Of a stretch of 64,000 nt of DNA, positions 28,675 to 37,570 are shown in pieces. Source of the DNA: Alphaproteobacteria bacterium (GTDB lineage: Bacteria; Pseudomonadota; Alphaproteobacteria; Rhodobacterales; Rhodobacteraceae); contig VGDH01000002.1 of the NCBI GenBank assembly GCA_016869835.1, forward strand, positions 4,265 through 68,264. Direction: 5' to 3'. Under the pieces are notes generated by a model. That model was not told the DNA's origin, did no database searches, and was given only the letters and a program-made list of their open reading frames with translations. Numbering within the stretch: the first letter of the stretch is position 1; each line of letters opens with the position of its first letter. A program made the position numbers and the translations under genes.

Positions 28675-29976
28675 TCAAACGTACCAGATATACCAATCGC
28701 GCAATGCGTCGCCCTTAAGGGCGGCGGTTTTGTCCACCTCGGCGCGTTTCATGTAGAGATGGTTTTCCACCAGGCCCGCGCCGACGGCATTGGACAGGGC
28801 GGTGTCGGCCTGAAGATCATCCAGCGCCTCGGACAGGCTGGCAGCGACGCCATGGGGTGCGTCGTTGTGGGTAAAGCCATCGCCGGTCTCAAGCGGTTGA
28901 AGCGGGTACTGGTTCTGAACGCCCAAGAGGGCGGCCTGCAGAACCGTGGCCACGGTGGTATAGGGGTTTGCCGCAGCATCGGCCATGCGGTGTTCAAGCC
29001 GGGCCTTCTTGCCGCCTTCGGCGCTGACGCGCACGGTAACGTTGCGGTTGTCGCCCCCCCAGTTGCACCAGAAGCCCGAGAGGCTGGCCGGTTGCAGGCG
29101 GGCATAGGACAGCGCGTTCGGGGCCATCAGACCGGCCATGCCCTTGTGGTGGTGCATCCAGCCCGCAATGCAGCCGCGCGCAAGGTCGCTGAGGTTGTTC
29201 GGATCGCCCACATCGCCCTTGACCAGCGCATTGGCACCGTTATGGTCGGTGAACGAAAGGTTCACATGCAGGCCTGAGCCACCCTTGCCCGCAATAGGCT
29301 TGGGCAGGAAGGTCAGGATGATGCCGTGGTCCAGCGCGATTTCGCGGGCCATCTGGCGGAAAAGAACCACGGTATCGACGTGTTGCACGGCAGAATCGAA
29401 GGTCAGCGTGAATTCATACTGCGGCGTGTCATATTCGGCGGTGATCAGATCAAGCGGCAGGCCGATTTCCTGCGACTTGTTCCAGATCGCATCGGTAAAG
29501 CGGCGGGGATCAGTGAAATTGCCTGTGCCATAGACCACGCCGCCGGGAGTGTCGTAGGGCACGATCTGGCCATCGTCGTTGCGGACAAAGGCATAGGCCT
29601 CAAGCTCGATACCGACTTTGGGCGTCAGGCCGATCGCCTCCCAAGCTGAGACTGCGCGTTTCAGGGCGCCGCGCGGGCACATCGGCAGGGGGGTGCCGTC
29701 ACCGCCATAAAGGTCGCCCGTCACCACTTTGGTATTGGGCTCCCATCCGGCGCGGATCTCGTCAGCCCGCCAGCGCAGCGCCATGTCGGGGATGCCCTCA
29801 AGGCACATGGTGCCGGGCGCTTCGATCAACAGGTCCTTGTCGTAATGGACCGAGAAGGTCGGACGGGCGAAGCGGCTTTCATCATCCTTCATCTTCGACG
29901 CAGGCAGGTATTTGCCCCGCATGATCGACAGATGGTCGCAGAACATGGCACGCAGGCGCGGGCTTTGGCTGGTCAT
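28675..29976 (-). CDS. Glutamine synthetase family protein (gamma-glutamyl-amine synthetase-like)
   Basis: 433 aa, GS catalytic-domain pattern (PKPIAGKGGSGLHVNLS, NWGGDNRNVTVRV, RLEHRMADAAANPY). Lies 7 nt upstream of the ferredoxin gene. Confidence 0.85.
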   Translation of the reverse strand: MTSQSPRLRAMFCDHLSIMRGKYLPASKMKDDESRFARPTFSVHYDKDLLIEAPGTMCLEGIPDMALRWRADEIRAGWEPNTKVVTGDLYGGDGTPLPMCPRGALKRAVSAWEAIGLTPKVGIELEAYAFVRNDDGQIVPYDTPGGVVYGTGNFTDPRRFTDAIWNKSQEIGLPLDLITAEYDTPQYEFTLTFDSAVQHVDTVVLFRQMAREIALDHGIILTFLPKPIAGKGGSGLHVNLSFTDHNGANALVKGDVGDPNNLSDLARGCIAGWMHHHKGMAGLMAPNALSYARLQPASLSGFWCNWGGDNRNVTVRVSAEGGKKARLEHRMADAAANPYTTVATVLQAALLGVQNQYPLQPLETGDGFTHNDAPHGVAASLSEALDDLQADTALSNAVGAGLVENHLYMKRAEVDKTAALKGDALRDWYIWYV

Positions 29977-30007
29977 GGAACTCTTCCTGGGTGCGGTCTG
30001 GTGCCGC

Positions 30008-31276
30008 TTATTGCAGTGTCACGCGCACCGGCAGCTCTTTGATGCCACCGATGAAATTCGATCTGAGAAACTTCTGGTCTCCGGCAGGTTCGATTGACTT
30101 GATGCGTTTGGCAAGTTCTTCGAACAGCACCCGCACCTCAAGCCGGGCAAGCCACATGCCAAGGCAGACATGCGGGCCGCCTTGGCCGAAGGAGACATGG
30201 CGGTTGGGCGTGCGGAAAAGGTTGACGCGGAAGGGGTCGTCGAACACCCGCTCATCGCGGTTGCCAGAGGCCCACCAGAGAATGACCTTGTCACCTTCTT
30301 TCACCTGACGTCCGTGGAATTCGAAATCCTGGGTGGCGGTGCGGCGGAAATAGGTGGTGGCGCTGCCCCAGCGGATGATCTCATCCGCCGCCGTTTCCCA
30401 GACCGCGCCCCCTGCCTGCATCTGGGCCAGAAGCTCGGGCTGATGCGCCAACGCCTGAATACCGGCTGCGATGGAATAGCGCGTGGTGTCATTGCCGGCG
30501 GCAACCAGCAGGCAGAAGAAATTGCGAAACTCGTTTTCCGGCATGACCGAGCCATCGGGGCCGGGCTGCAGGATCAGATGCAGAACGCCCGAAGTGTCGC
30601 CTGCGGATTCCTTTTTCCGTAGGAGCTCTTTGGCATAGACGAACAGCTCCGCCCCCGCAGGTGAGTTGAAGGGCATCATGCGGAATTCGTCGGTGGTCAT
30701 CTTGTCCAGCACGTGCTGGGTGAAATCGGGGTCGGTGTTGGCAATCAGCGTATCGCCCTTTTCCACCAGCCAAGGCAGGTCTTCATCGGGGGTGCCAAGG
30801 ATCCGGCCAAGCATGCGCATGGGCAATTGGCGGGCAATGTCCTTGGTGGCGTCAAAGGTGCCCTTTGCCAAGGCTTCATCCAGAATCGGACCACAAAGGT
30901 CTCGAATGACGGGCTCGAACTGGGCGATCACCGGCTTGGAAAAGGCCTTGGCCACCTTGATCCGGGTCTGCATGTGCTCAGGCGCATCGGTTTCCTGAAA
31001 GGTGCGGCGAGCAAGGTATTCCTCATAGGTCTGGTCTTCCATCCGGATGCCGCGGGCGGAGGAGACAAGCTCGGGTTTGCCATTCAGAAAGCTGATATCC
31101 TCGTGCCGGGTGACCGACCAATAGCCTTTACCGCCTGACCAGTCAGACCAGTCAGACCAGTGCATGGGATCTTCGTCGCGCAAGCACTTGAACGTGTTGT
31201 GCGGCGGACCGCTCAGAAACGTGTCGTGACTGCCAAGGTCGGCATGGCCATCGTCAGTTGGGACCCAGACGGTCAT
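30008..31276 (-). CDS. Cytochrome P450
   Basis: 422 aa, I-helix LLVAAGNDTT, ExxR, and heme-Cys motif FGQGGPHVCLGMWLARLE. Confidence 0.93.
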   Translation of the reverse strand: MTVWVPTDDGHADLGSHDTFLSGPPHNTFKCLRDEDPMHWSDWSDWSGGKGYWSVTRHEDISFLNGKPELVSSARGIRMEDQTYEEYLARRTFQETDAPEHMQTRIKVAKAFSKPVIAQFEPVIRDLCGPILDEALAKGTFDATKDIARQLPMRMLGRILGTPDEDLPWLVEKGDTLIANTDPDFTQHVLDKMTTDEFRMMPFNSPAGAELFVYAKELLRKKESAGDTSGVLHLILQPGPDGSVMPENEFRNFFCLLVAAGNDTTRYSIAAGIQALAHQPELLAQMQAGGAVWETAADEIIRWGSATTYFRRTATQDFEFHGRQVKEGDKVILWWASGNRDERVFDDPFRVNLFRTPNRHVSFGQGGPHVCLGMWLARLEVRVLFEELAKRIKSIEPAGDQKFLRSNFIGGIKELPVRVTLQ

Positions 31277-31350
31277 GTGGCTTTCCCTTGCTGCAAAGCT
31301 GATTTAAAAATATACTAAACAGGTTTATAAATATGTAAAGTGGGAAAATC
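31277..31350. promoter_or_regulatory. AT-rich divergent promoter/operator region between the P450 and amidotransferase-like genes
   Basis: 74-bp gap with a strongly AT-rich core (GATTTAAAAATATACTAAACAGGTTTATAAATATGTAAAG) containing the palindrome TAAAC-AG-GTTTA at 31316-31327. Confidence 0.5.
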
Positions 31351-32031
31351 ATGCATATCGCACTGCTGATGACCAACACCGACGAATCGGAATTTGCCCA
31401 AGCCCGTCCGAAGGATGGCAAGAAATTCACCACCATGATCAATTCGGTGCGCCCCGATTGGTCGGTGACGGTGTTTCCGGTGAAGGACGGGGTTTTCCCG
31501 CCCGAAGGCGCGCGATTCGATGGCTGGCTAATCGGGGGAAGCCCGGCCTCGGTTCATGATTCGGATGCTTGGGTGGGGCGATTGTTCGCGCTGATCCGGC
31601 GGTTGGTGGAGGACGGCCAGCCGATCTTTGGTGCCTGCTTTGGTCACCAGGCGATTGCCATGGCGCTGGGTGGTCATGTGGCCAAGAACCCCGGCGGTTG
31701 GGTGTTCGGGTTGGTAGAGACGGAAATTGAGGGTCAGCCGGTCAAGCTTTACGGCAGCCATCGTGAGCAGGTGGTGGACCTGCCGCAGGGGGCGGTGGTT
31801 CTGGGGGGAACGGCGGATTGTCCGGTGGGCAGTTTCGCCATTCTGGGGCGGGTGATGACGACACAGTATCACCCGGAAATGAGCCATGAGTTCATCACCG
31901 ATCTGGTCGAGGAATACGCCAGTGAGTTGCCCCCCGAGGTGGTGACACGGGCACGCAATTCACTGACGAAACGCGCAGATAGTGACGCAATTGCCGAACG
32001 GATTGCCCGGTTTTTTGAAGGGCAGCGCTAA
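31351..32031 (+). CDS. Class I glutamine amidotransferase-like protein (possible gamma-glutamyl hydrolase)
   Basis: 226 aa, nucleophile-elbow motif FGACFGHQAIAMALGG and a later YHPE motif typical of GATase1. Confidence 0.8.
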   Translation: MHIALLMTNTDESEFAQARPKDGKKFTTMINSVRPDWSVTVFPVKDGVFPPEGARFDGWLIGGSPASVHDSDAWVGRLFALIRRLVEDGQPIFGACFGHQAIAMALGGHVAKNPGGWVFGLVETEIEGQPVKLYGSHREQVVDLPQGAVVLGGTADCPVGSFAILGRVMTTQYHPEMSHEFITDLVEEYASELPPEVVTRARNSLTKRADSDAIAERIARFFEGQR

Positions 32032-32063
32032 GCTCATCGAGCCCGTCCCGGGCACTCTTCGGC

Positions 32064-33119
32064 TTAGCGGAAAAGCGCGGCAAGCGCGGCGCGGTCGATG
32101 CCGGGAATGGTTTTGCCTGGGAATTTGAACGTGGGCGTATCCTTGCCCGCCACGATGGCATTGACGACAGATTCCTCAACCGTCTCAACCGCCGCCAGAT
32201 AGATCGGGTCGATCAGCTCGGCGTTGAATTCGCTGCGCTGGATCAGCGACCCTGCGGCCTGCGGCATGGGGCCAAAGGGCGCGGTGGAAAAGGCGAGAAA
32301 GATATCGCCCGAGGAATTGCCGCCCGGCGTGCCGCCGCGACCAAGGCCAAGGCCCGCGCGGCGTGCGAGATGGGTCAGCGAGACAGTAGACAGGGGCGCA
32401 TCGGTGGCAATCACAACGATGATTGACCCCGTTTCACGTGGAACAAGCCCCTCAAAGGGCATCAGGCGCCCGACAGGCTGACCCAGAACATTGAACCATG
32501 GGCGTTTGCCGTGATTGGCCTGCACCAAAACGCCGACAGTATAGGTTTCACCCCCAACCGTGACGCGGCGCGAGGCCGTTCCTGTTCCAGCCTTGAACTC
32601 ATAGGCGATCATGCCGGTGCCCCCACCCACAGCGCCTTCGGCCACGGGGCCGGATGTGGCATTGTTCAGCGCTTTGATTGCGTGTTCGGGCTGCACAAAC
32701 ATCGCGTTGATATCGTTCAGGATGCCGTCATAGGTCTCGGCCACCACGGGCATGGCCCATGCAATGCCGTTGCGGAAATGGTCGGGATAGCGGTCAATCA
32801 TCCAACGCGTGGCACCCGTGTGGCAGGCGCCGATGCCATGGGTGTTGGTGACCAGAACCGGGCCAAGGAAATAACCGCCGTCTTTGATCCAATGCGTCCC
32901 GGTCATCTCGCCGTTGCCATTCAGCGTGGCTTGACCGGCGCGAACGGGTTCGGGGTTGCCGGCATCCATCCGGGGAATAACGGCGGTGACGCCTGTGCGC
33001 ATGTGGCGGTCGGGGTCTTGCAGGGTGCAGAAACCGACCGTCACACCCGTCACATCGGTGATGGAATTGAACGGGCCGGGGGTGCCGGGAAAGGGCAGGC
33101 CAAGATCACGCGCGCGCAT
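32064..33119 (-). CDS. DmpA/P1 (S58) family aminopeptidase
   Basis: 351 aa, SITDVTGVTVG...TGVTAV and the GGGTG...KAGTGTAS region typical of DmpA-type Ntn aminopeptidases. Confidence 0.8.
   Translation of the reverse strand: MRARDLGLPFPGTPGPFNSITDVTGVTVGFCTLQDPDRHMRTGVTAVIPRMDAGNPEPVRAGQATLNGNGEMTGTHWIKDGGYFLGPVLVTNTHGIGACHTGATRWMIDRYPDHFRNGIAWAMPVVAETYDGILNDINAMFVQPEHAIKALNNATSGPVAEGAVGGGTGMIAYEFKAGTGTASRRVTVGGETYTVGVLVQANHGKRPWFNVLGQPVGRLMPFEGLVPRETGSIIVVIATDAPLSTVSLTHLARRAGLGLGRGGTPGGNSSGDIFLAFSTAPFGPMPQAAGSLIQRSEFNAELIDPIYLAAVETVEESVVNAIVAGKDTPTFKFPGKTIPGIDRAALAALFR
32430..32445. promoter_or_regulatory. Degenerate parS-like site (14/16)
   Basis: CGTTTCACGTGGAACA matches the two perfect local sites (TGTTTCACGTGAAACA) at 14 of 16 positions. 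It lies inside the dmpA-like CDS. Confidence 0.35.
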
Positions 33120-33143
33120 GGAAACCTCGTCTCAAAGGGTCGG

Positions 33144-34391
33144 TCAGATCAGAAACTCGGACAGAATCTCATCCTGCGTGATGTCACGATATTGAAAGGC
33201 CGCAGCATCCAGCTGATCGAACAGCTTTTGAAAATTCGCCGCCTCTTTGGTCTCGATCCCGATCAGGACGGACCCGAAATTGCGCGCCGACTTCTTCAGA
33301 TATTCAAAGCGGGCGATGTCATCATCGGGGCCGAGCATTTCCAGAAACTCGCGCAGCGCGCCGGGACGCTGCGGCATGCGCAGGATGAAATACTTTTTCA
33401 CGCCAGAATAGCGTTGGGCGCGTTCTTTCACTTCGGGCAGGCGTTCGAAGTCGAAATTACCACCCGATGTGACGCAGACCACCGTCTTGCCCGCAATCTC
33501 GCCCGCGAGGTCCGCCAGCACGTCAATCGCCAAGGCACCTGCGGGTTCCAGCACGATGCCTTCGGTGTTCAGCATCATCAGCATGGTGGTACAGATGCGG
33601 TCTTCGGGGGCGATCAGCACCTCGGCCGGGTTGACCCAGGACAGCGCCGCAAAGGTCCGGTCGCCGACGCGGGCCACGGCGGCCCCATCCACGAAATTGT
33701 CAACGCGCTTGAGCGTGACAGGCTCATGCGCGGCCAAGGCGGCCGTCAGGCTCGCCCCGCCCTTTGGCTCGACAAAGCGAAACTCCGTCCCCGGCGACTC
33801 GCTGCGCAAATAGCGCGTCACGCCCGATGACAACCCCCCGCCCCCCACGGGCAGAATGACAAGATCGGGCGACCGCCCAAGCTGATCCAACAGCTCAACC
33901 GCAACCGACGCTTGGCCTTCGATCACGTCCTCGTCGTCAAAGGGCGACAGGAAATATGCGCCCTCCTCGCGGCAAAATCGCTGCGAGGCGGCAAGCGTCT
34001 GGTCGAAATAGTCGCCCGTCAGAACGATGCGCACATGGTCAGCCCCAAAGGCGCGGGTCTTGTCGATCTTTTGCTGCGGTGTGGTGACCGGCATGAAAAT
34101 CGTGCCCTGCACGCCGAAATGGTGGCAGGCGAAGGCCACACCTTGTGCATGATTGCCCGCAGAGGCGCAGACGAAATGGCCTTGGTGGGGCTGGTTGGCC
34201 CGCACCTTTCGCATGGCGTTGTACGCGCCCCGCAGCTTGTAGCTGCGCACCGGCGAGAGATCCTCGCGCTTGAGCCAGATCTCAGCCCCGTATTTGCGCG
34301 ACAGAAAGTCATTCCGCTGCATCGGCGTGCGCGGAAACAGATCGCGCAGGGCGCGGGTGGTCTGGCGGGCGGCATCGGCAAAATCGGTCAT
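33144..34391 (-). CDS. ilvA: Threonine ammonia-lyase (biosynthetic threonine dehydratase)
   Basis: 415 aa from ATG 34391, PLP-Lys motif SPVRSYKLRGAYN, C-terminal ACT-like regulatory domain. Confidence 0.9.
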   Translation of the reverse strand: MTDFADAARQTTRALRDLFPRTPMQRNDFLSRKYGAEIWLKREDLSPVRSYKLRGAYNAMRKVRANQPHQGHFVCASAGNHAQGVAFACHHFGVQGTIFMPVTTPQQKIDKTRAFGADHVRIVLTGDYFDQTLAASQRFCREEGAYFLSPFDDEDVIEGQASVAVELLDQLGRSPDLVILPVGGGGLSSGVTRYLRSESPGTEFRFVEPKGGASLTAALAAHEPVTLKRVDNFVDGAAVARVGDRTFAALSWVNPAEVLIAPEDRICTTMLMMLNTEGIVLEPAGALAIDVLADLAGEIAGKTVVCVTSGGNFDFERLPEVKERAQRYSGVKKYFILRMPQRPGALREFLEMLGPDDDIARFEYLKKSARNFGSVLIGIETKEAANFQKLFDQLDAAAFQYRDITQDEILSEFLI

Positions 34392-34507
34392 GCACCAGAT
34401 GTGACGAAGCCGCAGGCTTTGCGCAAGAGCCACCCGCGCGCGGCCTTGCTTGGCTTGCCCTTTTGGGGATTTCCCGTTAAGCGCAGGGCGCGCATTAGGA
34501 GGCCCCC

Positions 34508-35740
34508 ATGCAAAAGCCGAAGAAAGTCGTTCTCGCCTATTCGGGCGGTCTGGACACCTCGATCATTCTGAAATGGCTGCAGACCGAATATGGCTGCGAG
34601 GTCATCACCTTTACCGCTGATCTGGGTCAGGGCGAAGAGCTGGAACAGGCGCGCCAAAAGGCGCTGCTGATGGGGATTGAGGCAAAGAACATCCACATCG
34701 TCGACGTGCGCGAAGAGTTCGTGCGTGACTTTGTGTTCCCAATGTTCCGCGCCAATGCGCTGTATGAGGGGCTGTATCTTTTGGGCACCTCGATCGCCCG
34801 GCCGCTGATCTCGCAGCATCTGGTGCGGATCGCACATGAGACCGGCGCGGATGCCGTGGCCCATGGCGCGACCGGCAAGGGCAATGATCAGGTGCGGTTC
34901 GAACTTTCGGCTGCCGCGCTGGACCCGGCGATCAAGGTCATCGCGCCGTGGCGTCTGTGGGACCTGACCTCGCGCACCAAGCTCTTGGAATTTGCCGAGG
35001 CGAACCAGATTCCAATCGCCAAGGACAAGCGCGGCGAAGCGCCCTTCTCGGTGGATGCGAACCTGCTGCACACCTCGTCGGAGGGCAAAGTGCTGGAGAA
35101 CCCGGCCGAGGAAGCACCCGAGTTTGTCTATCAGCGCGTCACCCCGGTGGAACAGGCGCCCGATACCCCGGACTATGTGGAAATCGGCTTTGGACGCGGC
35201 GATGCGGTCTCGATCAATGGCGAGGCCCTGTCGCCGGCCACGATCCTGGCCCGGCTGAACGAGATCGGCGGCAAGCATGGCGTAGGTCTCTTGGACCTGG
35301 TGGAAAACCGCTTTGTCGGCATGAAAAGCCGTGGGCTTTACGAAACCCCCGGCGGCACCATTCTGCTAGAGGCGCACCGTGGGATTGAGCAGATCACGCT
35401 CGACAGCGGCGCGGGCCATCTGAAGGATTCGATCATGCCGCGCTATGCGGAGCTGATCTACAACGGCTTCTGGTTCTCGCCCGAGCGTGAGGCGCTGCAG
35501 GCGCTGATCGACAAGACGCAGGAACATGTGACCGGCACCGTGCGCGTCAAGCTTTACAAAGGCTCGGCCCGCACCGTGGCGCGTTGGTCGGACCATTCGC
35601 TTTATTCCGAAAAGCACGTGACGTTCGAGGAAGATGCGGGCGCCTATGACCAGAAGGATGCTCAGGGCTTCATCACCCTGAACGCCCTGCGCCTGCGCCT
35701 GATCGCCAGCCGCAATGCGCGAGTTGCGAAAAAGGGCTGA
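34508..35740 (+). CDS. argG: Argininosuccinate synthase
   Basis: 410 aa, N-terminal [12 protein letters not shown]-PPase motif and conserved [13 protein letters not shown]. Confidence 0.97.
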   Translation: MQKPKKVVLAYSGGLDTSIILKWLQTEYGCEVITFTADLGQGEELEQARQKALLMGIEAKNIHIVDVREEFVRDFVFPMFRANALYEGLYLLGTSIARPLISQHLVRIAHETGADAVAHGATGKGNDQVRFELSAAALDPAIKVIAPWRLWDLTSRTKLLEFAEANQIPIAKDKRGEAPFSVDANLLHTSSEGKVLENPAEEAPEFVYQRVTPVEQAPDTPDYVEIGFGRGDAVSINGEALSPATILARLNEIGGKHGVGLLDLVENRFVGMKSRGLYETPGGTILLEAHRGIEQITLDSGAGHLKDSIMPRYAELIYNGFWFSPEREALQALIDKTQEHVTGTVRVKLYKGSARTVARWSDHSLYSEKHVTFEEDAGAYDQKDAQGFITLNALRLRLIASRNARVAKKG

Positions 35741-35758
35741 TCTACAGTCATCGGTGTC

Positions 35759-35790
35759 AAAAGGGGTCAGCCGTGGACTGGCCCCTTTTT
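35759..35790. terminator. Bidirectional rho-independent terminator between convergent genes
   Basis: AAAA-GGGGTCAG-(CCGTGGA)-CTGGCCCC-TTTTT. Lies between the argG stop (35740) and the stop of the minus-strand gene (35793). Confidence 0.7.
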
Positions 35791-35792
35791 CG

Positions 35793-36524
35793 TTACAGTT
35801 TCAGCCGCTCCAACCGTTCGTAATGCGGCATTGCAAGGTCGCACAACTGGTGAAACGCGGGCGACAGGGTGGGAAGATCACCCTCAGGCTCATCAAACCC
35901 GGTGGAGGCGTGAACGGCATTGTACCAATGCGGCGCCCAGACCCCGTCGAACGGTTTTGGCCCGGCGGGCCAGCGCAACATGCGGTCTGTGAAGGGAATG
36001 TTCAGCGCCGCGCACAGCTGCGACAGGGTTTCGCGCGGGGTCGCGCGAATGTCAGCACTGTCCACCACCAAGGGCGCATGGCCCAGCCAATCGGCCACCT
36101 CATCAAAAAGTTCCACCTGCTGAACAAAGCCAATGTCGGCCAATTCCGGCGCTTCGCGCTTTTTTGCATAGCTGGCAATCACCCGCGCCGGATGGCGGAT
36201 CAGGAACACATTGGTCAGCCCCCGCATGAAGCCCCGGTCAAACTCGGGGACCATGTGGAGCGTCATGTGCTTTTGGTAAAACAGGCTCTGACCGGCGTTT
36301 AGAGGCGCAAGGCAGGCCTCGGCGACCGCCCTAGGGTCAGCCAGCCCGGCTTCAATCACCTCACCGCGCATCGGGTGATCCATGCCGGTTTTATGCAGAT
36401 AGGCGGCATAAAACGGCTCGTCCCAGACCTGACAATCGCCCCGCGCGGCAAAGGAATACATCATGGCGGTGGACAGGTTACGGGGGCCTGACCACATGGC
36501 AATGCGCTGGGGATCCGGAGTCAT
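35793..36524 (-). CDS. P-loop sulfotransferase-like family protein, function unknown
   Basis: 243 aa, N-terminal MWSGPRNLSTAMMYSF...VWDEPFYAAYL and FLIRHP motifs. Start overlaps the stop of the upstream aminotransferase (ATGA). Confidence 0.55.
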   Translation of the reverse strand: MTPDPQRIAMWSGPRNLSTAMMYSFAARGDCQVWDEPFYAAYLHKTGMDHPMRGEVIEAGLADPRAVAEACLAPLNAGQSLFYQKHMTLHMVPEFDRGFMRGLTNVFLIRHPARVIASYAKKREAPELADIGFVQQVELFDEVADWLGHAPLVVDSADIRATPRETLSQLCAALNIPFTDRMLRWPAGPKPFDGVWAPHWYNAVHASTGFDEPEGDLPTLSPAFHQLCDLAMPHYERLERLKL

Positions 36525-37423
36525 GCGCCCACCATTTTTTTGTAAAGCCCGCGCAGCCGTTCGGTCATTGGGCCCATCTGGCCTGTGCCGATCACCCGGC
36601 CATCAATCATGCCCACCGGGGTTTGCGCGCCGAAAGTGCCGGTCAGAAACGCTTCATCCGCCGAATAGGCGTCGACCAGCGAGAAGTTCCGCTCAAACAC
36701 CGGGATATCATTGGCGCGGCACAGGTCGATCACCTTCTGCCGCGTGATTCCGTTCATGCAGTAATCACCCGTGCTGGTCCAAACCTGCCCTTTCTTCACG
36801 ATAAAGAAGTTGCAGGCGTTGGTGGTGTTCACAAACCCATGCACATCCAGCATCAGCGCCTCATCCGCACCCGCCTTTTCGGCGGCAATGCAGGCGAGGA
36901 TGCAGTTCAGCTTGGAATGCGAGTTCAGCTTCGGGTCTTGCGTCATCGGCAGGCCGCGCAAATGCGGCACCGTGGCCAACCGGATCGGGCGTGGCAGTTT
37001 CTGGCGGCTGTGTTCCATGATGATCACCATGGTCGGGCCGCGTTGCGACAGTTTCGGGTGCTGGAAAGGCCGGGTCTTGACGCCCCGCGTGACCATCAGC
37101 CGGGCATGGGCATCATTGGTCATGCCATTGGCTTTTTGTGTCTCTAACAGCGCGTTTGTGACGCTTTCCTTGGTCATCCCGATGTCAAGATCAATAGACT
37201 TCGCCGCCTCGAACAGCCTGTCGATATGCTCATCCACAAAAGACCAGTGGCCATTGTAAAGCCGGATACCCTCCCACACGCCATCGCCCAGCATGAAGCC
37301 CGAGTCATAGACCGACACCATCGCTTCGGCCTTCGGCACGATACGGCCATTCACCCAGATCTGGATTTTTTCATTGCGGGCATCATCTTCTGCCTGATGG
37401 GTTGAGACATGGTCTGTCATCAA
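36521..37423 (-). CDS. Class IV (branched-chain/D-amino-acid) aminotransferase family protein
   Basis: 300 aa, fold-type IV pattern (VSVYDSGFMLGDGVWEGIRLYNG..., ...NFFIVKKG...T...GITR..., ADEAFLTGT). Confidence 0.8.
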   Translation of the reverse strand: MMTDHVSTHQAEDDARNEKIQIWVNGRIVPKAEAMVSVYDSGFMLGDGVWEGIRLYNGHWSFVDEHIDRLFEAAKSIDLDIGMTKESVTNALLETQKANGMTNDAHARLMVTRGVKTRPFQHPKLSQRGPTMVIIMEHSRQKLPRPIRLATVPHLRGLPMTQDPKLNSHSKLNCILACIAAEKAGADEALMLDVHGFVNTTNACNFFIVKKGQVWTSTGDYCMNGITRQKVIDLCRANDIPVFERNFSLVDAYSADEAFLTGTFGAQTPVGMIDGRVIGTGQMGPMTERLRGLYKKMVGA

Positions 37424-37570
37424 AGCCTCCTTGTGTTTGGCGGCAAGCTAAGGGGGCGGCGCGCAAAGGCCAAGGGGGCGCATCACCTGTGCGTGACCTC
37501 ACGCGGGGGTGAGTTGCGCCAAAGGCCAAAGGTGGCAACCGTGGCGGCAGCTATTACAAAGGAGTGCCCG

